DNA of 64,000 bases from a virus, in IMG/VR virus record IMGVR_UViG_3300025876_000005, positions 1-64,000 of that record, one strand, 5' to 3'. Below are positions 1-8,531 of this stretch, in pieces. Each line of letters starts with the position of its first letter. Within the stretch, counting starts at the first letter, position 1. Under the pieces are notes generated by a model. It saw nothing but the letters and a program-made list of their open reading frames with translations, was not told where the DNA came from and searched no databases. Position numbers and translations under genes: made by a program.

Positions 1-2
1 AT

Positions 3-179
3 CCATCTGCTGAAATTGTAATGGGACTAGACGGAACCAAGCTATTAATTAAAAACGGATTTGCCGGAGCTATCTATTCCGATTACGACCCTCGAGACTT
101 TCAAGAAGATCTTGATGCTCTTATTATCTTTAATGCTAAGAAGAGTGTAAAATCATGGAAGCTTGAAAAATCACAATAA
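3..179 (+). CDS. 3' end of a hypothetical protein (truncated by window edge)
   Basis: Frame 3 is open from the window start to TAA at 177-179 (PSAEIVMGLDG...KSQ*), directly before the ATG at 182. Confidence 0.7.
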   Translation, partial: PSAEIVMGLDGTKLLIKNGFAGAIYSDYDPRDFQEDLDALIIFNAKKSVKSWKLEKSQ

Positions 180-181
180 CT

Positions 182-439
182 ATGAAACATATAAAACTAT
201 TTGAAGAATTTATTAATGAGGAAGTAATTTCAGGAGGAATATCTGGGAATATGTCATTAGAGGATATTGCTAAAAAACATGAAGTAGATCTAGACGAACT
301 AGATACTGAGTATGAAAAAGGAATCTCAGTTGAGATGGAACATACTAATGATAAAAAAGTAGCGATGGAAATAGCAAGAGATCACCTTTTTGAGGATCCT
401 AAATATTATACAAAACTCGCAACTATAGAAAACGATTAA
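182..439 (+). CDS. Small phage protein (DUF5661-like) with N-terminal capsid-targeting-like peptide
   Basis: MKHIKLFEEFINE leader; KGISVEMEHT...EIARDHL.EDPKYYTKL motif typical of DUF5661-like phage proteins. Confidence 0.65.
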   Translation: MKHIKLFEEFINEEVISGGISGNMSLEDIAKKHEVDLDELDTEYEKGISVEMEHTNDKKVAMEIARDHLFEDPKYYTKLATIEND

Positions 440-443
440 AGAT

Positions 444-1106
444 ATGAAATACATAAAACTCTTTGAACAATTTGTTGCCGAAAAAATTAAAGCATCTGAA
501 GCCTACGATACAATGGAAGGCGTTCAGACTGTGATTGACGGTAAAAGAGAACTTGCATTTATTTCAACAATGGATGCTCCGATTTATCGACCTAATAACG
601 AGAGTGAACTAGAGGCAATGCAACATGGTCTAGATAATGGACTTAAAGCAATTGAAGTTAAAGGTAAACCTGATGGTAGGGCTTGGGTAATGTACAAGAA
701 CAACAAGAAGGCTGCTCAGAAACTTGCAGACTATGCAGAGAAGAAGGGTGGGTATTTAAGTGATGATACGCCAGAAGAGGCAAGATACGTTGGTGATCTG
801 CTTGGCTACGACAAGAAGGACATCAATGCATTTATCAAGAGAGTCTATAAAGTAGATGAAACCGAAGCCAGAGCAGACCTTAAAGATGAAGACGATAGAC
901 TGATGAAGATCAGACATTTCCAAGGCTCAATCCAAGACCTTGACGACTGGCTTAGAAGCAGGATCGGTGAAACAAATCCACATAAGGATGTTATAATGAT
1001 AAATGGGCCACAACAAGGCCAGAAAGATAAGTCATTACCATACCAAGACTTTCAAAACGGAGACTCAGATCTAATAAAGAATAGACATGGAAGAAAAGAC
1101 AGCTAA
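444..1106 (+). CDS. Hypothetical protein with capsid-targeting-like leader (putative internal head protein)
   Basis: MKYIKLFEQFVAE leader; 220-aa ORF. Confidence 0.6.
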   Translation: MKYIKLFEQFVAEKIKASEAYDTMEGVQTVIDGKRELAFISTMDAPIYRPNNESELEAMQHGLDNGLKAIEVKGKPDGRAWVMYKNNKKAAQKLADYAEKKGGYLSDDTPEEARYVGDLLGYDKKDINAFIKRVYKVDETEARADLKDEDDRLMKIRHFQGSIQDLDDWLRSRIGETNPHKDVIMINGPQQGQKDKSLPYQDFQNGDSDLIKNRHGRKDS

Positions 1107-1299
1107 AGATATAGCAGCTCAACTTAAACGCATTGCAGATGCTCTTGATAAACAAAATGTAATTGAAGAGAAGAAGCTTAAGCGTGACGAGAAAGTTAGT
1201 AAGCTACAGGAAAAGAAACTACGCAGCGATCTTCGTGAAGACATGCCGATTAACGAAGACAAGGTAATAAAAGTTAGACCAAACTTTAAAAGCCAGTGA
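1087..1299 (+). CDS. Hypothetical coiled-coil protein
   Basis: 70-aa charged helical ORF overlapping both neighbours in operon fashion. Confidence 0.6.
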   Translation: MEEKTAKDIAAQLKRIADALDKQNVIEEKKLKRDEKVSKLQEKKLRSDLREDMPINEDKVIKVRPNFKSQ

Positions 1300-2105
1300 G
1301 CTACTACGATACATTAGGTGTTAGCGAGAATGCAACACAGGATGAAATCAAGAAGGCTTATCGTAAACTAAGCAAGGAATATCACCCGGATATTAGTGGT
1401 GGCGATGATGTAAAATTTAAAGAGATCGCCGAAGCATACGGAGCTATTGGTGACGAAAATAAGCGAGCAAATTATGATAATCAACGAAGGCAACAAGACT
1501 TCTTTGCGCGGCATAACCAACAGGATCGTTACAGCATGTCCGACATGTTCGATCAGGTCTTTGGCAATGCGTTCAACAACCAACAGAGAAGACAAAAAGG
1601 ACAAGACATTAGAGTCCAGATCCATGTTTCATTTGATGAAGCATTTCATGGCACAACTAAAACTTTTGACGTTAACGGGCAGAGCATCCGAATGACGTTT
1701 AAACCTGGTCTAAAAACAGGCCAGCGTTTCAGAATAGCCGGCAAAGGCTATCCACATCAACTTAACACAAGCCTACCGAACGGAGACCTTGTAGTCGAGA
1801 TCCATGTTATCTCAGACAGTAGGTTTATTATGCAAGGCAACGACATCTGGCTAGAGAAAACCCTACCATGGTATGATATTATGTTAGGCTGTTCAATTCC
1901 ACTAGAAACACCAGAAGGCTTGATCAGCCTAAAGATACCAAGAGGTACTTACCCAGAAAAGACATTAAGACTTAAAGAGAAAGGCTACCCAGTTTACGGC
2001 ACAGAACAAAGGGGATCTCTCTTAGTAAAAATACATGCTTCTTACCCAGAATTAAACGAAGAGCAGTTAGAATATATAGAAAAGATAAAACAAAACAATG
2101 GATGA
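1296..2105 (+). CDS. dnaJ: DnaJ/CbpA-type co-chaperone (J domain plus C-terminal domain, no zinc finger)
   Basis: YYDTLGV...IKKAYRKLSKEYHPD J-domain with HPD; C-terminal GDLVVEI/LRLKEKG motifs; GTG start. Confidence 0.92.
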   Translation: MSYYDTLGVSENATQDEIKKAYRKLSKEYHPDISGGDDVKFKEIAEAYGAIGDENKRANYDNQRRQQDFFARHNQQDRYSMSDMFDQVFGNAFNNQQRRQKGQDIRVQIHVSFDEAFHGTTKTFDVNGQSIRMTFKPGLKTGQRFRIAGKGYPHQLNTSLPNGDLVVEIHVISDSRFIMQGNDIWLEKTLPWYDIMLGCSIPLETPEGLISLKIPRGTYPEKTLRLKEKGYPVYGTEQRGSLLVKIHASYPELNEEQLEYIEKIKQNNG

Positions 2106-2385
2106 TTCAGAAATGTTTATGAACTTTTACGATCCACATCGTGGCTCACCATTCTACGGAATGATGGCCAGTCTAATCTTTACACATAGAGATCAGTTCT
2201 ATCAAGCACTTTATGAAGCCATTTCAAAACATCCAAGTTACGTTGTTCTTTCAGATCTAGAATCAGAGAAAAAGTTAAAAGTCTTAGATGGTATGATTCA
2301 ATACTACGAGGCTAAAGAGTCCTACGAAAAATGTGCCACACTGTTAAACATTAAAAAAGAAATCGAAGAATATGTTGAAAATTGA
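2098..2385 (+). CDS. Hypothetical protein with C-terminal UVR-like motif
   Basis: YYEAKESYEKCATLLNIK resembles the UvrB/UvrC coiled-coil motif. Confidence 0.55.
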   Translation: MDDSEMFMNFYDPHRGSPFYGMMASLIFTHRDQFYQALYEAISKHPSYVVLSDLESEKKLKVLDGMIQYYEAKESYEKCATLLNIKKEIEEYVEN

Positions 2386-2563
2386 AGTCGGTAAAGGTGG
2401 CATTGAAAAAGCCCTTAAGCTATATAAATCTAAAGTAATACGTACAAGACAGCTCAAAGAACTACGCGAGCGCCAACAACATGTTAAGCCATCTGCTAAG
2501 AAGAGAAAGCAGAAAATGAAGGCTAAGTATGTAGAAAGCAAGTTTAGATCGAATCAAGACTAA
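2372..2563 (+). CDS. rpsU: Ribosomal protein bS21 (phage-encoded)
   Basis: IEKALKLYKSK...LRERQQHVKPSAKKR...KAKY matches the bS21 pattern, Bacteroidota-like. Confidence 0.88.
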   Translation: MLKIEVGKGGIEKALKLYKSKVIRTRQLKELRERQQHVKPSAKKRKQKMKAKYVESKFRSNQD

Positions 2564-2614
2564 ACTTATACCATAAAGATATACTACTATTTTTAATCTT
2601 AATTTCTAGTTAGG

Positions 2615-2959
2615 ATGTATGCCAGCAAAAATATATATGATGTGCGGTACAATAAACGTACTCGCAGATCATATATGAAAAAAGAAGGCAATACGATAAT
2701 GAGCGGATTTATTTCAAACTCGGACAAGGATAGTCTGATGAGAGCATCTTATTACCAACTCACACGTAACTTTACTAAGACGGTGAACCGCTTCATAGTA
2801 TTCAAGGACGATGATAGGTTAATAGAGATACCTCATGGCATAAGTCAGAGGTCTAAATTTATAGATCTAATGGTTAGATACTTCGAGGAGATCGAAGAGT
2901 ATGAAAAATGTGAACGACTAATGAAGCTAAAGGAGCTAGTCATAATGGCTGGGGATTAA
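2615..2959 (+). CDS. Hypothetical protein with C-terminal UVR-like motif (true start probably 2675 or 2699)
   Basis: YFEEIEEYEKCERLMKLK; same motif as 2098..2385. Confidence 0.55.
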   Translation: MYASKNIYDVRYNKRTRRSYMKKEGNTIMSGFISNSDKDSLMRASYYQLTRNFTKTVNRFIVFKDDDRLIEIPHGISQRSKFIDLMVRYFEEIEEYEKCERLMKLKELVIMAGD

Positions 2960-2973
2960 ACACAATAAATTGA

Positions 2974-3654
2974 ATGACAAAACGAACCAACACAGGAGAT
3001 AATAACGAACTGCTAAAGAGAGTACAATTAAGGCAGTCACAACAAAAATATTTAAACCAAATTGAAAACAATGAAATAACATTTTGCTACGGGCCAGCCG
3101 GAACTTCGAAAACGTTTACGGCTTGTTTCGCAGCACTTAAACTCTTAAAGGAGAAGAAGATCAAACAGATCATCTTATGTAAGCCAATCCAGGAAGCTGG
3201 TGAGAAGTTGGGCTTTCTACCAGGTGGTAAAGATGAGAAGGTAGATCCTTACATGAAATCTTACAAGTCTAACATCGAGAAGATTATTGGACATGAAGAG
3301 ACTAAGATCTTATTCGACAAGAATATTATTAAGTTTGAACCTTTAGCATATATGCGAGGCGATACGTTTGACGACTCACTTATGATTCTCGACGAAGCCC
3401 AGAACGCAACCTTTAAGCAGCTAATGTTATTTGTAACTCGAATGGGAAGAGACTCAAAGGTTATTGTAACCGGAGACGTAAGTCAACATGACATTGCAGC
3501 ATCTAGAGTTTCATTACCTAATTTCATCGAGTTAATCGGAAATGTAAAAGGTGTCGGCACTCACATCTTCAACGATAGAGATATAGTGAGAGCTAAGATT
3601 TTACAAGACATCGTGAAAAGGTATGACCAATGGAGACACAAGAACGAAAAATAA
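2974..3654 (+). CDS. phoH: PhoH family ATPase
   Basis: GPAGTSKT Walker A variant, LGFLPG, PLAYMRGDTF, ILDEAQN, TGDVSQHD, DIVR. Confidence 0.95.
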   Translation: MTKRTNTGDNNELLKRVQLRQSQQKYLNQIENNEITFCYGPAGTSKTFTACFAALKLLKEKKIKQIILCKPIQEAGEKLGFLPGGKDEKVDPYMKSYKSNIEKIIGHEETKILFDKNIIKFEPLAYMRGDTFDDSLMILDEAQNATFKQLMLFVTRMGRDSKVIVTGDVSQHDIAASRVSLPNFIELIGNVKGVGTHIFNDRDIVRAKILQDIVKRYDQWRHKNEK

Positions 3655-4076
3655 CAATCGAAGACGCGGGCTATAATGATCTAGACAGAATCTGCCAGAT
3701 CTATAGCTCCGCATTCGGCTTTACAGAACCAGCACCAGTTCAATGGTGGAAAATAATAAGTGACAATAGCATTACATATCGCGTCATTAAAGTTGACGGC
3801 GAAATTGCTGGAGTTGCTTCTCTAATTACAGTCAATAAAATTATCAGATCAGGTAATAGAATTGCCCTGATCGAAGACGTTGCTGTAGCTGAAGAATACC
3901 GAGGCTTAGGCTTAGGTAAAATGCTGATTGAAGATCTACTTAAACTTTCAGTAGAGAAGAATTGTTACAAGACAATCCTAAACTGTTCAGACGAGAACGT
4001 AGAGTTCTACGAAAAGTGTGGTATGTACAGAGCTGAGAACCAGATGCGATGGGATCGACCTAAGAAAGAGTCCTAA
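3630..4076 (+). CDS. GNAT acetyltransferase, glucosamine-6-phosphate N-acetyltransferase (GNA1)-like
   Basis: IEDVAV.EEYRGLGLGK.LI, CYKTILNC...NVEFYEKCG. Confidence 0.8.
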   Translation: METQERKITIEDAGYNDLDRICQIYSSAFGFTEPAPVQWWKIISDNSITYRVIKVDGEIAGVASLITVNKIIRSGNRIALIEDVAVAEEYRGLGLGKMLIEDLLKLSVEKNCYKTILNCSDENVEFYEKCGMYRAENQMRWDRPKKES

Positions 4077-4100
4077 ACAATTCTAGAGCTTCACATATAA
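4075..4100 (+). promoter_or_regulatory. Putative phage promoter AAAC-N16-ATATAA
   Basis: Same bipartite pattern and spacing recurs at 23219-23244; both precede nucleic-acid metabolism genes. Confidence 0.35.
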
Positions 4101-4118
4101 CTCTAAATAAGTTTATAA

Positions 4119-4751
4119 ATGAAGCAGATCCTACTAAAATCAAGCCATATGAACGACCTCGACATAACAGAGGTTGGCCTCGACGAGGCTGGCAGAGGCG
4201 CACTTGCAGGCCCAGTTACCGTTGCTGCGTGTATTATGCCACATGGTTTTCAACATGAGTTGATTAAAGACTCAAAGTTACTTTCTGAAGGACAGAAGGT
4301 AGAAGCTCGTAGGCTAGTTCTGGACAACGCACTTGCATATTCAATAGTTCATATTCCAGTAGAGGAAATCGAGTCCACAAACATACTGAAAGCGACTCTG
4401 AACGGTATGAAGCAATGCCTTGATAAAATAGCCGAAGAAAACGAGTTCCAGTTCATTCTGGTTGATGGGGATCAGTTCCATGGGTACAATGGTATACCTT
4501 TCGGAACCATCGTTGGCGGAGACAACATATACGTTAGTATTGCAGCAGCTTCGATTCTAGCAAAGACCGAACGTGATAATTACATGCGAGATTTGAGCCA
4601 GATGGAGGAGTATGCAGCATTTGGCTGGGGTAGTAATAAAGGCTACGGTACCAAACAACACAGAGACGCAATCGTTAACGAGGGCGCTACACCAATGCAC
4701 AGACATTCATTCATCAGTCACATGTTGACTAAAACAACTAATCTGTTTTGA
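4119..4751 (+). CDS. rnhB: Ribonuclease HII
   Basis: GLDEAGRGALAGPV, DSKLL, VDG, SIAAASILAK, NKGYGT..H, HRHSF. Confidence 0.95.
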   Translation: MKQILLKSSHMNDLDITEVGLDEAGRGALAGPVTVAACIMPHGFQHELIKDSKLLSEGQKVEARRLVLDNALAYSIVHIPVEEIESTNILKATLNGMKQCLDKIAEENEFQFILVDGDQFHGYNGIPFGTIVGGDNIYVSIAAASILAKTERDNYMRDLSQMEEYAAFGWGSNKGYGTKQHRDAIVNEGATPMHRHSFISHMLTKTTNLF

Positions 4752-5089
4752 ATCTGCTCTTAGGCTTCCTGCTCTTCTTCTTAGGCCAGGGCTTGATTTG
4801 GGTACAGACGAATGGTCAATTTGTATGGCCATGGTTTAAGAAGAACCCATGGCTAGTTTCTTTTGCTTTTGGTGGTATTATCAGTTACATCTTAATTCAG
4901 GCAACCCGACTAGTAGTTGAACATTTCGATGGAATGCTTTGGCCTGGCCGTTTTATTGGCTTTGCCAGTGGAATCCTGATCTTTACAGTAATGACATATA
5001 TTTTCATGGGTGAAGGTATAACTGCAAAAACAGGAGTTTCTCTCGCACTATCGGTTGGCCTAATCGCTATTCAATTATTTTGGAAATGA
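4748..5089 (+). CDS. Small multi-pass membrane protein
   Basis: Four hydrophobic segments; TTG start overlapping the rnhB stop. Confidence 0.6.
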   Translation: MNLLLGFLLFFLGQGLIWVQTNGQFVWPWFKKNPWLVSFAFGGIISYILIQATRLVVEHFDGMLWPGRFIGFASGILIFTVMTYIFMGEGITAKTGVSLALSVGLIAIQLFWK

Positions 5090-5337
5090 AACTAAAAGAC
5101 TTAGACAAGATAGAATTTAAGAAGCCACCAACAGTCGCAGTTTACCGTAAGACTAAAACAGGCAAAAAACACTACATGTTAGTCACTCTTAAAAGTGTTG
5201 ACATTGTGAATAATGCTCGAGCTCAGAAGCCCCTGATCGATCACAAATATGAGATTATAGATCTAGGTGTTGGTGAAGGTTTCATTGGGCGCTGGATGGA
5301 CAAACATAAGATTAAGACATTTGACTTTGTTGAGTAA
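5086..5337 (+). CDS. Hypothetical protein
   Basis: ORF overlapping the upstream stop (ATGA). Confidence 0.6.
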   Translation: MKLKDLDKIEFKKPPTVAVYRKTKTGKKHYMLVTLKSVDIVNNARAQKPLIDHKYEIIDLGVGEGFIGRWMDKHKIKTFDFVE

Positions 5338-5340
5338 ATC

Positions 5341-5408
5341 TGCAAAATAATTGCAAAAAAGTTTTCTAGTGTCAATCTTTTTTATTATATTAGTACTGTA
5401 ATTAAAAA
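5341..5408 (+). promoter_or_regulatory. Early promoter cassette (Bacteroidota sigma-A-like -7 element TATATTAG at 5386-5393)
   Basis: 32-nt identity with 16829-16860 and 31-nt identity with 11702-11732; intergenic, upstream of small genes. Confidence 0.7.
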
Positions 5409-5417
5409 CATACATAA

Positions 5418-5642
5418 ATGAACAAACTATTAGAAATTATCGGACTCTTCTTTATCGGGTTAACTGCTATCTCTTTAATAGCATTGCTAATGGCATTTCC
5501 AACCATGTGGTTGTGGAATACATGTCTAGAACCTGCAGTCGATGGAGTCAACTCAATCGGCTTCTGGCAAGCACTTGGATTGAACTTCTTATTCTCAATC
5601 CTATTTAAGTCAAACGTAAAAAGCAACAGCAAGAATGGATAA
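5418..5642 (+). CDS. Small membrane protein
   Basis: Two hydrophobic helices; follows the promoter cassette. Confidence 0.65.
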   Translation: MNKLLEIIGLFFIGLTAISLIALLMAFPTMWLWNTCLEPAVDGVNSIGFWQALGLNFLFSILFKSNVKSNSKNG

Positions 5643-6096
5643 GAAAGTAGTTTACATAGACATGGATGGCGTTCTCGTCGATCTAGTCGGTGCAGTCTAC
5701 GAAAAATATATCCATGCACTCGGTGAAGACGGTTTTGACGTTGGCGCGATTATCGACCAAGATGTAGAACCATTCTACAAAGCAGCGCCAATGCCAGGTG
5801 CGGTAGAAGCATTCAAGCAACTCAGTAACGACCCAAGATTTGACGTTTACATCTTATCAACAGCACCTTGGGCTAATCCAGAGTCTCTAACTGCAAAACG
5901 AGTTTGGGCAGAGCAACACCTTGGTAATGAGGTTAACCGAAGACTTATTTTCACACACAACAAGAACTTAATGATCGGTGACTATCTGATCGACGACCGA
6001 CCAAACAATGGTGCTGCAGAGTTCAAAGGTCAAGTAATTAAGTTTGGCTCGGAAGAATGCCCAGACTGGAAAACAGTATTGCAAATCTTAAACTAG
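5635..6096 (+). CDS. 5'(3')-deoxyribonucleotidase (NT5C-like HAD)
   Basis: YIDMDGVLVD, PMPGAVEA, ILSTAPW, K..W, GDYLIDDR. Confidence 0.88.
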   Translation: MDKKVVYIDMDGVLVDLVGAVYEKYIHALGEDGFDVGAIIDQDVEPFYKAAPMPGAVEAFKQLSNDPRFDVYILSTAPWANPESLTAKRVWAEQHLGNEVNRRLIFTHNKNLMIGDYLIDDRPNNGAAEFKGQVIKFGSEECPDWKTVLQILN

Positions 6097-6101
6097 AAAC
6101 A

Positions 6102-6302
6102 ATGGACGCTAGAGTTAGAGCTATTTACGACAAATGCACTGATGTAATATCATCATGTAAGAATGAAAGTCAAATGAATGCTGCAGCTAACTACAAAGAG
6201 CTTGCGATCAAACGCATTCGAGAACTGAGTAACATCCAGGCAATAGAGACTATAGTGGACAATATTAACTTTCACTATCGGATTAAGAGTAGACATTTAT
6301 AA
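6102..6302 (+). CDS. Hypothetical protein
   Basis: ORF; ATG 6102 follows the upstream stop. Confidence 0.55.
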   Translation: MDARVRAIYDKCTDVISSCKNESQMNAAANYKELAIKRIRELSNIQAIETIVDNINFHYRIKSRHL

Positions 6303-6347
6303 CAATGAATAAAAACAATTTAATCAAATAATCATAATCAAATAATC

Positions 6348-6572
6348 ATGAAACAGTTAGTATGTGGTTTTATAGGGTTCGTTACATTTTTAACGGCCTG
6401 TGTTTTGTTTTCTTCTTGTGAGAAAACGTGTATGCAATGGAGTTGTAATACTCATAAAGTAGATAAGAATGGTGAACAAATTTGGGTTCGAACATCAGCA
6501 TCCAATGGCCACATCTACGGAGAAAAGAATTGCATTTGTATTGATGAAGTAAACAGATATACCGGTAAATAA
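6348..6572 (+). CDS. Putative Cys-rich lipoprotein
   Basis: Hydrophobic N-terminus ending LFSSC (Bacteroidota-type lipobox); additional Cys residues. Confidence 0.5.
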   Translation: MKQLVCGFIGFVTFLTACVLFSSCEKTCMQWSCNTHKVDKNGEQIWVRTSASNGHIYGEKNCICIDEVNRYTGK

Positions 6573-6574
6573 AG

Positions 6575-6907
6575 ATGAAAAAGTTATTAGTAATAGCGGC
6601 AATGTTTGTTGGAGCAACTGCATTCGCACAAGAAGTCCATATTCCAAACGCATTCACCCCTGATGGTGATATGATGAATGATTATTGGAAACCTATATTT
6701 GATGATACATTGACGGTTTCAGATTACCTGTTAGAAGTTTATACACGTAATGGTCAACTTATATTTGAAACAAGAGATACCAATCAATATTGGGATGGCA
6801 CATGGTGGGGTTCTAATGTTAGTGAATCAACGTTCGTATATCGATTGGTAATGCGTGTTGAATCCAACGATATTAATAAAGTTGGATTTGTAGAAGTTTT
6901 GAGATAA
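6575..6907 (+). CDS. Signal peptide plus T9SS type-B sorting domain (gliding motility-associated C-terminal, CHU_C) protein
   Basis: MKKLLVIAAMFVGATAFA|Q signal peptide; IPNAFTPDGD..ND.W, L.VY.R.GQLIFET, WDGT, TFVY, GFVEVLR. Confidence 0.85.
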   Translation: MKKLLVIAAMFVGATAFAQEVHIPNAFTPDGDMMNDYWKPIFDDTLTVSDYLLEVYTRNGQLIFETRDTNQYWDGTWWGSNVSESTFVYRLVMRVESNDINKVGFVEVLR

Positions 6908-6911
6908 GTAC

Positions 6912-6985
6912 TCAAAAATAATTGCAAAAAAGATGGCCTGAGATTTTTTAGTCTCGGGCTTTTTTATTATATTTACACTGTAAAA
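6912..6985 (+). promoter_or_regulatory. Terminator-like stem-loop fused to an early promoter
   Basis: GGCCTGAGAT/GTCTCGGGCT hairpin (6935-6960) plus T-run, then TATATTTA-CACTGTAA. Confidence 0.7.
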
Positions 6986-6994
6986 CAAAACAAG

Positions 6995-7450
6995 ATGAAA
7001 CAACAAACAGTAATATTCGATTTGGACGGTACTTTGGCCTTGATCGATAAGAGACGTGTTTTGGCAGCTAAGCCAAATGGTAAAATTAACTGGAAGACTT
7101 TCTTTGCACCAGAGAATATCTCTTTGGATGAGCCAAACTTGCCAGTGATTGCAAGCTTTAAAGCAATGAAGGCTGCTGGCTTTCGGGTTGGTATCTTTAG
7201 TGGTCGAGACTCTATTAGTCGTCAACAGACTGAAGATTGGTTAGCACAGCACGGCATTCAACCAGACTTCTTGTTCATGAGAATGCAGGGTTCTTTCACG
7301 CCAGATGACGTGTTGAAGAAAGAGTGGTTAGATCAAGAAATGGCAGCAGGCCACGAGATCATGTGTGTCTTTGATGACCGAGATAAAGTAGTAAAAATGT
7401 GGAGAGAGAATGGTATCAGCTGTTTTCAAGTAGCTCCAGGTAACTTTTAA
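6995..7450 (+). CDS. HAD phosphatase, polynucleotide 3'-phosphatase (T4 PseT C-terminal domain)-like
   Basis: FDLDGTLA, FSGR, LFMR..G...PD.VLK, FDDR..VV.MWR..GI.CFQV. Confidence 0.85.
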   Translation: MKQQTVIFDLDGTLALIDKRRVLAAKPNGKINWKTFFAPENISLDEPNLPVIASFKAMKAAGFRVGIFSGRDSISRQQTEDWLAQHGIQPDFLFMRMQGSFTPDDVLKKEWLDQEMAAGHEIMCVFDDRDKVVKMWRENGISCFQVAPGNF

Positions 7451-7473
7451 AAATATAAACAAAAATTTAAAAT

Positions 7474-7833
7474 ATGAAACCAGAAGCAGGAAGTATTTAT
7501 AGAATACCATCACATGGTATCGTAATCATTAATGGAGTTAGAACCGTTAAAACCACTTCAGAGGAATATGAAGTAGTAGACTGGATTTCATTTACTATGA
7601 GAAATTCAAGAGGTACTATACGAATGAAGAATTGGTATATGAGTGTAGATTGTGGTTGTACTTATAATGATACTTACGGAGATAATAGCAATCCAACTGA
7701 ATCAGATTGTAGAGTTTGTAATGGTAGTGGTTTACAACAAATTGTAGAATCTGGTTTTGAAAAATCTACATTTTTAGCATATAGCTGTAAAGACTATATT
7801 GTGAAAACTTTAACTAAACCATTTAATTTTTAA
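7474..7833 (+). CDS. Hypothetical protein with possible zinc-ribbon
   Basis: CGC...CRVCNGSG. Confidence 0.55.
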   Translation: MKPEAGSIYRIPSHGIVIINGVRTVKTTSEEYEVVDWISFTMRNSRGTIRMKNWYMSVDCGCTYNDTYGDNSNPTESDCRVCNGSGLQQIVESGFEKSTFLAYSCKDYIVKTLTKPFNF

Positions 7834-7837
7834 GATT

Positions 7838-8236
7838 ATGAAGATATTATATTTACTTAGAGGTTTACCAGGATGTGGTAAATCATCATTAGCAAAATCA
7901 TTAATGAATGCACAGACAGGTCATGTAGAGGCCGATATGTTCTTTATGAAAAATGGAGAATACAACTTCGATGCTTCTAAATTAAAGGAAGCACATGAAT
8001 GGTGTCAAAAACAGACAGATGTTTATATGCAACCTTACGGCTATAATACAGTTATCGTTTCTAACACATTCACACAAGAATGGGAAATGAAACCTTACTA
8101 TGAATTGGCTGAAAAGTATGACTTTGCAGTATTCTCACTAATTGTTGAGAACCGTCACGGTGGAATCAATGAGCATGGAGTTCCTGATGAGACTTTAGAA
8201 AAAATGGAAAACAGATTTCAAGTAAAACTTAGATAA
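7838..8236 (+). CDS. P-loop kinase (AAA_33 / polynucleotide 5'-kinase-like)
   Basis: LLRGLPGCGKS Walker A, EADMFF, AHEWC, VIVSNTF, HGVP..TLEKM. Confidence 0.82.
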   Translation: MKILYLLRGLPGCGKSSLAKSLMNAQTGHVEADMFFMKNGEYNFDASKLKEAHEWCQKQTDVYMQPYGYNTVIVSNTFTQEWEMKPYYELAEKYDFAVFSLIVENRHGGINEHGVPDETLEKMENRFQVKLR

Positions 8237-8237
8237 A

Positions 8238-8507
8238 ATGGAACGAATTAAATTCAACATCAACCACGATGTTAAAGTAAAAGTAACCGAATATGGTTAT
8301 GAAGTATGGTTAGCTCATGAGAATAAGTTTGTACATTTTTCAGGTACCATTAAACCGGTTACTATTGAAGAATTAAAGACAAGGCAAGATGAAGACGGTT
8401 ATACTGAATTTCAAATGTGGGATATGATGTCAATCTTTGGACCTAAAATGCAAATGGGTTTTAAGAATCCAATTGATACTAACATTATCCTTTTACCAGA
8501 AAATTAA
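8238..8507 (+). CDS. Hypothetical phage protein
   Basis: FNINHDVKVK...GYTEFQMWDMMSIFG; typical small phage ORF. Confidence 0.6.
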   Translation: MERIKFNINHDVKVKVTEYGYEVWLAHENKFVHFSGTIKPVTIEELKTRQDEDGYTEFQMWDMMSIFGPKMQMGFKNPIDTNIILLPEN

Positions 8508-8531
8508 CAAAATAAATCTAATAAATAGGAC

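Noticed and set aside
1296-4751. Bacterial chromosome or prophage flank (dnaJ, rpsU, phoH, rnhB)
   Set aside because: These genes are interleaved with phage-type leader proteins, share the phage regulatory motifs and are known auxiliary genes of large phages; no integrase or att site seen
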